Origin: Gemmatimonadota bacterium
GTDB lineage: Bacteria > Gemmatimonadota > Gemmatimonadetes > Palauibacterales > Palauibacteraceae
Length of the DNA stretch: 64,000 nt
Direction: 5' to 3'
Assembly (NCBI GenBank): GCA_963666735.1
Contig: OY762926.1
Location: 288,001-352,000 of the forward strand
Shown: positions 56,546-64,000 of the stretch, piece after piece
How positions within the stretch are numbered: the first letter of the stretch is position 1
Layout of the letters: every line of letters begins with the position of its first letter
The notes under the pieces: model-generated
Database searches by the model: none
What the model saw: only the letters and a program-made list of their open reading frames with translations
What the model was told of the DNA's origin: nothing
Program-made: the position numbers and the translations under genes

Positions 56546-57820
56546 ATGCGTACACGTTCATACGCCCTCGCGGCCGTCGCGCTTTCGCTCGGAATCCTCG
56601 CACCGGTGCTCGAGGCGCAGGAGCCCGGCGGCGAAGCGGAGGATCCGGTCGCGACTCTCGTCGGCCGGCTGACGCTCGGCGACTACAAGACGACGCTCAA
56701 GGGCTTGACGCAGTTCGGCGACCGGCGCCAGGGAACGCAGCGCAACCGGGACGCCGTCGACTGGATCGAAGCGCAACTGCAGGCGTTCGGCTGCACGAAC
56801 ACGGAGCGGGTTTTCTACACCTACCCGCCCCCGCCCCCGCCCGATGCGGCCCCCCGCGGCGCCCTGCCCCGCAGCGGCGCCCGCCAGCGTCCGCCGCCGA
56901 ACGCGGGAGATCTGACCACACCGACCGGGGGTCGCGTGGGGCGGCGCGGTCCGAGTTCGGGCGGGAGCACGATCTTCGGCTATCGCGGCCGGACGGGGGT
57001 CAATCGCGACCTCATGGCCCAGCCCGATGAGCGCATCCGCGAACTCAACCGCGAGGAGCCCGTCGACGGCGACCGGTCCCAGGTCTACTGCACGAAGGTG
57101 GGCACGACGCGCCCGGACGAGATGTACATCATCGGCGCCCACATGGATGGCCACGGCGTGAACGAAGCAGTGAACGACGACGGCTCCGGCACCGCCCTCG
57201 TCATGGAACTCGCCCGCATCTTCGGCGCGCCCGACGTCCAGACCGAGCGCTCGATCCGCTTCGTCCTGTGGAACAACGAAGAGACGGGCCTCAACGGGGC
57301 CCGCGCCTACATCGCCCAGCGCCAGGGAATGCAGGGAGTCGAGGACCCGCCCGGCTCCGGCCAATACCCCGAGCCGCGATGGCTCGGGATGATCCAGCAC
57401 GACATGATGCTGTGGGACCACGGCGCGCCGGGTCCCGATGGCCTCGTGAGCCGGGATCAACGGCCCGAGGCGGACGTGAACATCGAGTTCCAGTCCAACT
57501 CCGAGCGGGCGGGCGACTCGATGAGGCTCGCGTTTTTCTTCAAGGCCGCGAACGAAGACTACGCGACCGACTATCCGGCCGCGGTCGGTCCCCACATGAC
57601 GAACACGGATTCCACGCCGTTCATGGACATCGTGCCGGCGATCAGCCTGCGCGAGAACGAGCGGGGCGCGCAGGTCGGCGCGGGGTGGGACCCGAACTGG
57701 CACCAGCCGACGGACGTGTGGACGACCTACACCGACGACGACTTCCGGCTCGGCCTCAACGCCGCGCAGACGACCCTGGCCGCGATCGCCCAACTGACCG
57801 GCGCCGCCATCGACAACTGA
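56546..57820 (+). CDS. M28 family metallopeptidase
   Basis: IIGAHMD, NDDGSGT, WNNEETGL, QHDM and NWHQPTD motifs. Confidence 0.92.
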   Translation: MRTRSYALAAVALSLGILAPVLEAQEPGGEAEDPVATLVGRLTLGDYKTTLKGLTQFGDRRQGTQRNRDAVDWIEAQLQAFGCTNTERVFYTYPPPPPPDAAPRGALPRSGARQRPPPNAGDLTTPTGGRVGRRGPSSGGSTIFGYRGRTGVNRDLMAQPDERIRELNREEPVDGDRSQVYCTKVGTTRPDEMYIIGAHMDGHGVNEAVNDDGSGTALVMELARIFGAPDVQTERSIRFVLWNNEETGLNGARAYIAQRQGMQGVEDPPGSGQYPEPRWLGMIQHDMMLWDHGAPGPDGLVSRDQRPEADVNIEFQSNSERAGDSMRLAFFFKAANEDYATDYPAAVGPHMTNTDSTPFMDIVPAISLRENERGAQVGAGWDPNWHQPTDVWTTYTDDDFRLGLNAAQTTLAAIAQLTGAAIDN

Positions 57821-57832
57821 CCGGCCCCGTCG

Positions 57833-58435
57833 CTACTTCCGGTAAGCTCTCGTGATCCGCACCGGGGGCGTGAGTTGTTGCGCCTCGTAGGGCGCCCGGT
57901 GGATCGCGAGCGCGACGTCCATGCCGTCCGCCACGCGCCCGAAGGCCGCGAATCCCTGGCCGTCGGGGTTCCGCATGCCGCCGAAGTCGAGCGACGGCTG
58001 GTCGCCGATGCAGATGAAGAAGCTCTGGGTTGCGGTGTCGGGGCCGCCGCGCGCCATCGAAACCGTCCCGTCCTCGTGCGGGATCCCCGTCTCGGAGGTG
58101 CGTTCCAGCGGGATGGGAGGGAAGGACTCGACCTCCGAATCCGGATTCCGCCCGCCCTGGACGACCGCGATCCGGATGGAGTCGCTGGGCTGATTGTCCG
58201 CGTGCACGGTCCGGAAGAACGTGCCGCCGTCGTAGAACCCGCCGTCGACATAGCGGAGGAAGTTGGCTGCGGTGACGGGAGCCCGATCGACGTCGACTTC
58301 GAGTTCGAACGTCCCCATCTCCGTCTCGATGATGACGCGCACAGGGTCTTCGGCCACGGACGCCGTGGACCGTAAGCCGGCAGCCGCGAGACTCAGCGGG
58401 ACGAAGACCGCGGCCATCAGATATCGAGTTCGCAC
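57833..58435 (-). CDS. Cyclophilin-type peptidyl-prolyl isomerase, secreted
   Basis: APVTAANFLRYV...FYDGGTFFR...HEDGTVSMAR...ATQSFFI...FAAFGRV. Confidence 0.92.
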   Translation of the reverse strand: MRTRYLMAAVFVPLSLAAAGLRSTASVAEDPVRVIIETEMGTFELEVDVDRAPVTAANFLRYVDGGFYDGGTFFRTVHADNQPSDSIRIAVVQGGRNPDSEVESFPPIPLERTSETGIPHEDGTVSMARGGPDTATQSFFICIGDQPSLDFGGMRNPDGQGFAAFGRVADGMDVALAIHRAPYEAQQLTPPVRITRAYRK

Positions 58436-58551
58436 GCTTGACCCTCCTTTTGCTGATCCGATCGGCACAACCTTACGTTTTCAGGCCAGCCTCGGGCGAC
58501 CCTGCCCTCGAACCGACTTCGCAGGCGTGTATCCAGCATGGGTGAAGAGAG

Positions 58552-59973
58552 ATGAGTGAAGAAAAGAGAGAACCCGGCCCCGCGTCACGCGCCGACCGCA
58601 ACCGCCGGAGCTTCGTCAAGTCGGTGGCCGCCGGCTCCGTGCTCGCCGCGGGTGCGCCCTCGCTCCTGGCCGGAGCCGAATCCGGCCGCCGGGGCGGTGC
58701 CGCCGTCCGCCACGCACTCCCGCGACGACCGGAACCCCGTCGGGCGGCGTCTTCCGACAACATCGGCTTGGCCGTGATCGGCGCGGGCGGGATGGGCATG
58801 GCGGACGTCCAGACCGCGCTCCGCATCCCGGGCGTGAACCTGGCGGCTGCCTGCGATGTGTTCGACGGACGCCTCGAGGCCGCCCGCGAGCGCCACGGGG
58901 ACATCTTCACGACCCGCGACTACCGCGAACTTCTCGTCCGTGACGATGTGGACGCGGTCATCGTCGGGACCCCCGACCACTGGCATCAGCCCATCTCCGT
59001 CGACGCGCTGCGCGCCGGGAAGGCCGTCTACTGCGAGAAGCCGATGGTCCACCGGATCGAGGAGGGGCACGACCTGATCCGGGCCGAGCGGGAGTCCGGG
59101 TCGGTCTTCCAGGTCGGAAGCCAGGGGATGAGTTCGCTCGGCAACGAGAAGGCGAAGGAGCTGTACGAGGAAGGGGCGATCGGGGAACTCAACTACGCCG
59201 AGGGCTTCTGGGCCCGCAACGACCCCATCGGGGCGTGGCAGTATCCGATTCCGGCGGAGGCCTCCGAGGAGACCGTCGACTGGAAGGGCTTTCTCGGCCC
59301 CGCCCCCGACCGGCCGTACGACCCGCTGCGGATCTTCCGCTGGCGCAACTATCGCGACTACGGGACTGGCGTGGCCGGCGATCTCTTCGTCCACCTCTTC
59401 TCCAGCCTCCATTTCGTCGTGAGTTCGCGGGGGCCCACGCGCATCCAGGCCGCGGGAGGGCTCCGCTACTGGAAGGACGGGCGCGAGGTGCCGGATGTGC
59501 TGCTCGGTGTGTTCGATTATCCGGAGACGGAGACGCACCCGGGCTTCAATCTCTCTTTGCGCGTTAACTTCGTGGACGGGACCTCGGGCAGCACCTTCTT
59601 GAGGCTGGTCGGAAGCGAGGGCGCGATGGACGTGACGTGGACCGAGGTCAGCCTGCGCAAGAACGTCGCCGTGGACCCGATGGACGCCTTCTCCCAGGAG
59701 AAGATGGCGGAAGCCGCGTCGTCGGCGGACGGGCTCCCGCCGAGGGTTCGGATGCTGCCCCCGGCCGAAGCGCGGTACGAGGTGGAGCGCGGGTATCGCG
59801 GGGCCCATGTCGATCACTTCCACAACTTCTTCCAGGCGGTGAGGGGCGGCCCGCCCGTGCGGGAGGACGCGACCTTCGGGCTCCGCGCGGCCGCTCCGGC
59901 GCTCGCCTGCAACCTCTCCTACTTCGAGGACCGCATCGTGCGCTGGGATCCCGACGCCATGAGGCTCGTCTGA
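58552..59973 (+). CDS. Tat-exported Gfo/Idh/MocA oxidoreductase
   Basis: NRRSFVK Tat motif, IGAGGMG, TPDHWH, YCEKP, QVGSQ and GDLFVH. Confidence 0.92.
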   Translation: MSEEKREPGPASRADRNRRSFVKSVAAGSVLAAGAPSLLAGAESGRRGGAAVRHALPRRPEPRRAASSDNIGLAVIGAGGMGMADVQTALRIPGVNLAAACDVFDGRLEAARERHGDIFTTRDYRELLVRDDVDAVIVGTPDHWHQPISVDALRAGKAVYCEKPMVHRIEEGHDLIRAERESGSVFQVGSQGMSSLGNEKAKELYEEGAIGELNYAEGFWARNDPIGAWQYPIPAEASEETVDWKGFLGPAPDRPYDPLRIFRWRNYRDYGTGVAGDLFVHLFSSLHFVVSSRGPTRIQAAGGLRYWKDGREVPDVLLGVFDYPETETHPGFNLSLRVNFVDGTSGSTFLRLVGSEGAMDVTWTEVSLRKNVAVDPMDAFSQEKMAEAASSADGLPPRVRMLPPAEARYEVERGYRGAHVDHFHNFFQAVRGGPPVREDATFGLRAAAPALACNLSYFEDRIVRWDPDAMRLV

Positions 59974-61367
59974 TGCGCGTCCCGCGACGGCTCCGGCTCC
60001 GCATGCGGCTCCCCCTCCGTCTGCAATTCCTGCCCGCGCTCGCGGCGGGGTTCGCCCTCGGCTGCGCCCCGGTCCCCGAGACTCCGCCGGATATGGGGGA
60101 GACGGACGCGGCCGAGACGCCGCCCAACACGCTGACGGAAGCCGAGCGCGAGGCTGGCTGGCGCCTCCTCTTCGACGGGGAGACGACGGCGGGCTGGCGC
60201 GGCTACAACCGGGCGGCTTTCCCCGACACCGGCTGGGCGGTGATCGATGGCGCCCTGGTCGTGGGCGCGACCGCCACCGACCCCGACGTGGCCATCGGCG
60301 GGGACATCGTGACGACCGAGACCTTCTCCGATTTCGATCTCAAGTTCGAGTTCATGCTCTCCGAGGTCGCGAACAGCGGCGTCCTCTACCGCGTGATCGA
60401 AGAGGAGGGCGCCGCGATCTGGTTCAACGCGCCCGAGTACCAGGTGCTCGACGACACGGCGTACATCGAGATGGGCACGATGGACATGCGCACGCACCTG
60501 ACCGGGGACAACTACGACCTCCACGCCTCGGGCGAGAAGACGCTGAGGGGGCCCGGCGAGTGGAACGAGGGCCGGATCCGGATCCAGAACAACCTCGTCG
60601 AGCACTGGCTGAACGGGACGAAGACGGTCGAGTACGAACTCGGCTCTCCCGAGTGGGAGGCGCTTGTCGCGGCGAGCAAGTTTGCTCCGTATCCCCGGTA
60701 TGGGCGGGCCGAGTCCGGACCGGTCGGCCTCCAGGACCACGGGCGGAACGTCTGGTACCGCAGCATCAAGATCCTTCCTCTGGAACCCGTCTCGCTCTTC
60801 AACGGCGAGAACCTCGACGGCTGGCGCGTGCACGGGACCGAGCGCTGGTACGTGGAGGAGGGGGAAGAGGGCGGGCAAGTCGTGTGCGAGAGCGGCCCTG
60901 ATGCGGAGTACGGTTATCTCGTCACCGAGGAGACGTATCGCGACTTCGACCTGACCGTCGACTTCAAGCAGGAGGCGGACGGAAACAGCGGCGTCTTCCT
61001 GCGTTCCAGCGTGGAGGGGACGACCGTCAGCGGCTGGCAGGCCGAGGTCGCGCCGCCGGGCCTGTTCACCGGCGGCATCTACGAGTCGTACGGCCGCGGC
61101 TGGCTCGTGCGGCCCGACCCGGAACTCGACGGCGCGCTCCGCATGGGCGAGTGGAACACGATGCGGATCCGCGCGGACGGCGACCGGGTCGCGACCTGGC
61201 TCAACGGCACGAGGATGGTGGACTTCGAGGACGAGGCGATCGGCGCGGCCGAGGGTTCGATCGCGCTCCAGATTCACGACGGCGGCGGCATCCGGGTCCG
61301 CTGGCGCAACCTGCGCATCGTGGATCTGGCGTCCTTCGTCGACTCAACTCGGGCGATGGATTCATGA
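59973..61367 (+). CDS. Tandem DUF1080 (3-keto-disaccharide hydrolase-like) lipoprotein
   Basis: Two domains: LLFDGETTAGW...NSGV...EYQ...LQDHG and LFNGENLDGW...NSGV...LQIH. TGATG overlap with the oxidoreductase. Confidence 0.9.
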   Translation: MRVPRRLRLRMRLPLRLQFLPALAAGFALGCAPVPETPPDMGETDAAETPPNTLTEAEREAGWRLLFDGETTAGWRGYNRAAFPDTGWAVIDGALVVGATATDPDVAIGGDIVTTETFSDFDLKFEFMLSEVANSGVLYRVIEEEGAAIWFNAPEYQVLDDTAYIEMGTMDMRTHLTGDNYDLHASGEKTLRGPGEWNEGRIRIQNNLVEHWLNGTKTVEYELGSPEWEALVAASKFAPYPRYGRAESGPVGLQDHGRNVWYRSIKILPLEPVSLFNGENLDGWRVHGTERWYVEEGEEGGQVVCESGPDAEYGYLVTEETYRDFDLTVDFKQEADGNSGVFLRSSVEGTTVSGWQAEVAPPGLFTGGIYESYGRGWLVRPDPELDGALRMGEWNTMRIRADGDRVATWLNGTRMVDFEDEAIGAAEGSIALQIHDGGGIRVRWRNLRIVDLASFVDSTRAMDS

Positions 61368-62755
61368 GATTTCGTTACGGTGTGTGGGTCGCGCTGCTGG
61401 CGGCTTGCGGCGGCGAAACCGGGATCGGGTCCGCGCCGCCGCCGAGCGGAGACCGTCCGCTCGAAGCCGACTTCGTGGACGTGTACCGGATCGGCGGGAT
61501 CGCGGCGGAGGGTTGGGACGCGTTCACGGAGATCGCGGACCTGGATTTCGACGGGGCCGGCCGGCTCTACATCCGCGACGAAACCGGGTCCTCCACCCGA
61601 ATCGTGGTCGTGGACGGAGTGGGCGATCCGGTGGCCGAGTTCGGGCGCATGGGCGACGGCCCGGGCGAGCTTCGCAATGTGACGCACATGATGGCCCGGC
61701 CCGAGGGAGGGGTCGTGATCGTCGACGCCGGCCACCGCGCCTATCTGCTGTTCGGCCCGGATGGATCGTTCGAGCGCGCGATCCGCTTCGAGACCCAGGG
61801 CGCTTCCGAGACCGCTCCCCCGGAGACCGTGCGCTCCGCTCGGGAGGGGGAAGCGCTGTTTCTGACCCGAGGCCCGGCCGCGCGCTTCGGCAGCGGGGAA
61901 ATGTCCGTCGAGACGGGTGACCGCACCATCTACCGCATGACGCTCGCCGGGGTGGAAGAGGCCGCCGCGGCGCCGTTCGCGGAAGGCTGGGAGGCGCGCC
62001 CGGCGCGGGAGGTCAGAATGGAGACTGCGGATCTATCGGACATGTTCGGCGCCCTTGTCGACGAGTTCACGCACTTCGTGCCCGGCCTCGTGTTCGATGT
62101 TCTCCCCGGCGGTGGAGTGGCGTACTCGGATTCCTCTGCCTACGCAGTCAAGATCCAGCCGGCCTCCGGCGCTCCGGCGCGCGTCGTGGGCCGCCCCCTC
62201 CGCCCCGAGCCCGTCACGGAGCCGCTGCGCGAGCGCGTCCGGGATCGAGTGCTGGAAGGTCTGGAAGCATCGGCTACGGGAGAGGTCAACGGCCAGTCGC
62301 CGGGCGATCTTCCGCCGGCCGCCCGCGCGCAGCTGGCGGCCATGATGGAGGAGATGCTGACGGGTATGCGCGACGCCGTGGCGAATGCGGGTTTCATGGC
62401 GGAAGTGCCCATCGTGCGGGACCTCCGGACGACCTGGGAAGGGGCGATCTGGGTCCAACGCTGGGGGAGCGATCCCCTGGCGCAGATCGATGCGCAGACC
62501 GCTGGCGCGGGCGAAGACCCGGAGGGGGAGGAGGCGGCCGGCTGGATCGATGTCCTCTCGCCCGGGGGCGAGTATGTAGGCACGCTGTCGCTGGAGGAGA
62601 CGCCCATGCCCGACGCGTTCGGGCCGGGCGGCCTCGCCGCCTTCGTCGAGATGGACGAATTCGATGTCCCGACGATCATCCTGAAGCGGCTGCCGGAGAC
62701 TATCCGCCTGGAACTGGGGTCGCGGGCTCCGGGCGATGCGGGCGGCGGGCGTTAG
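61364..62755 (+). CDS. 6-bladed beta-propeller lipoprotein
   Basis: Lipobox LAAC, FDGAGRLYI...GRMGDGPGEL. Paralog of 31058..32395 (HSDSSAY/YSDSSAY, MPDAFGP). Confidence 0.85.
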   Translation: MRFRYGVWVALLAACGGETGIGSAPPPSGDRPLEADFVDVYRIGGIAAEGWDAFTEIADLDFDGAGRLYIRDETGSSTRIVVVDGVGDPVAEFGRMGDGPGELRNVTHMMARPEGGVVIVDAGHRAYLLFGPDGSFERAIRFETQGASETAPPETVRSAREGEALFLTRGPAARFGSGEMSVETGDRTIYRMTLAGVEEAAAAPFAEGWEARPAREVRMETADLSDMFGALVDEFTHFVPGLVFDVLPGGGVAYSDSSAYAVKIQPASGAPARVVGRPLRPEPVTEPLRERVRDRVLEGLEASATGEVNGQSPGDLPPAARAQLAAMMEEMLTGMRDAVANAGFMAEVPIVRDLRTTWEGAIWVQRWGSDPLAQIDAQTAGAGEDPEGEEAAGWIDVLSPGGEYVGTLSLEETPMPDAFGPGGLAAFVEMDEFDVPTIILKRLPETIRLELGSRAPGDAGGGR

Positions 62756-62827
62756 CGGGGCGTTTGACCCGGCCTTCGCCCGTCGCGTACCCTTTTGCGA
62801 GAGAGCCCTCCCGCAAGGAGCCATGTG

Positions 62828-64000
62828 ATGCCGCACACGACGCGGGCCTTGTCTATCGTTCGGAGACCGTCCGTCCTGCCGGCCCTCGTGCTGCTCTCCG
62901 CCGGCGGCTTGGCGGCGCAGAACGGTGGGCCGGCCGCGACGGCGCGTCACGTCGCAACGGATGAGCGGGGCGCCGAGGCGGCCGATGTGACGTTCAGCCG
63001 GGACATCGCGCCGATCCTGCAGCGGGCCTGCGTCCGCTGCCACCGCGACAACGGCGTCGCCCCGATGCCGCTCGTCGCGCACGAAGACGTCCAGCCCTAC
63101 GCGAGCATGATTGCCCGCCGGACCCAGATTCGGGACCGGGCCGGCGCCATGCCGCCGTGGTACGTCGAGAAAGACATCGGGATCCAGCATTTCAAGGACG
63201 ACATGTCGCTCGACGAACGGGAGATCGAGGCGCTCGACGCGTGGCGACGCGCCGGCGCCCCCGAGGGCGACCCCGCCGACCTGCCTCCGCCGCTCGAGTT
63301 CAACGACGACGTGATGTGGGCCGCGGGCGAGCCGGACCTCATCGTCCGCCTGCCCGAGGTGGTCGTGAAGGGCGACGCTCCAGACTGGTGGGGGGACATC
63401 GAGAGCGTGCCCACGGGTCTCACCGAGGACCGCTACGTGAAGTCCGTCGAGATCCGCGAGGTGAACGACGTGCCCCAGCGCAGGGACGGGGAACACGGCG
63501 GGCGTCACACGGTGGGCGGACGTTTCGTCGTCCACCACATGATTTGGAGCACGCGCGTGCTCGAGGGCCAGGAGACGGGTCCCGGCTCGCGGCGCGCCTC
63601 CAGCGACACCGGCTGGCCGGTGCACGAAGTCGGCCGCGAACCCGACCTCTTCGACGACGACGCGGGCCGCCTGCTCAGAGCGGGCTCCTCGGTGGTGTCG
63701 AACTCCGTCCACCTCCACTCCAACGGCCGCGACACGCGCGCCCACCTCGAGATCGGCTTCCGCTTCCATCCGGAGGACTACGAGCCGAAATACCGGCGGA
63801 CCATCCTCGGCCTCGGCAACGGAAGCGACATCGACATCCGCCCGGGCGTGGCGGGGCAGGAACTTCACGCCTACAAGGTGCTGAACCAGCACACCAAGAT
63901 CGTCACCTTCGAGCCGCACCTGCACGCGCCCGGCATGCGCATGTGCCTCGAGGCGATCTGGGGCTTCAACGTCGAGACGCTGAACTGCGTCGGCTACGAT
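62828..64000 (+). CDS. Secreted cytochrome c + copper type II (PHM/DBH-like) monooxygenase fusion, partial
   Basis: Not in the ORF track (no stop in window). RBS AAGGAG, signal peptide, CVRCH...MPPW heme domain, then VVHHM, SVHLH and EPHLHAPG His motifs. Confidence 0.85.
   Translation, partial: MPHTTRALSIVRRPSVLPALVLLSAGGLAAQNGGPAATARHVATDERGAEAADVTFSRDIAPILQRACVRCHRDNGVAPMPLVAHEDVQPYASMIARRTQIRDRAGAMPPWYVEKDIGIQHFKDDMSLDEREIEALDAWRRAGAPEGDPADLPPPLEFNDDVMWAAGEPDLIVRLPEVVVKGDAPDWWGDIESVPTGLTEDRYVKSVEIREVNDVPQRRDGEHGGRHTVGGRFVVHHMIWSTRVLEGQETGPGSRRASSDTGWPVHEVGREPDLFDDDAGRLLRAGSSVVSNSVHLHSNGRDTRAHLEIGFRFHPEDYEPKYRRTILGLGNGSDIDIRPGVAGQELHAYKVLNQHTKIVTFEPHLHAPGMRMCLEAIWGFNVETLNCVGYD

Noticed and set aside
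62823..62828. ATG-TGA start-stop minigene after the RBS
   Set aside because: It is only 2 nt from AAGGAG. The ATG at 62828 has normal spacing, so a regulatory role is unsupported.

Overview
High-GC bacterial chromosome window. The gene repertoire (choice-of-anchor B, VPS10/BNR hydrolase, many 6-bladed beta-propellers, DUF6152/DUF6644-like genes) suggests Gemmatimonadota, but this is inference only. From left to right: (i) a three-gene module ending in a ComEC/Rec2-type MBL-fold hydrolase, whose first gene is split by an intact IS3-family element with a 6-bp target duplication; (ii) a form I aerobic CO dehydrogenase cluster (coxG-M-S-L), separated from xdhC/coxF-YHS and mocA by an opposite-strand insert; (iii) housekeeping and catabolic genes (nfeD-floA, POT transporter, SURF1, CoA ligase-thioesterase fusion, amidase, amidohydrolase, dut, tRNA-Leu(TAA), TonB receptor, serine hydrolases); (iv) a rearranged array at 44-49 kb of 'small secreted Cys-rich protein + translationally coupled beta-propeller lipoprotein' cassettes, with two near-identical copies flanking a divergent propeller whose peptide partner survives only as a C-terminal remnant. 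A second, unrelated peptide+propeller pair sits at 7.5-8.9 kb. This is the best candidate for an undescribed polymorphic toxin/immunity or ligand/receptor system; (v) an uncharacterised periplasmic redox/metal cluster (PAL-like NHL protein, two 'PDxxGxW' lipoproteins, DUF6152, two DUF6644, cytochrome c) interrupted by mazEF; (vi) a Gfo/Idh/MocA + DUF1080 operon and a cytochrome c-fused PHM-like copper monooxygenase running off the right edge. Family names come from motif recognition by eye, not database searches.
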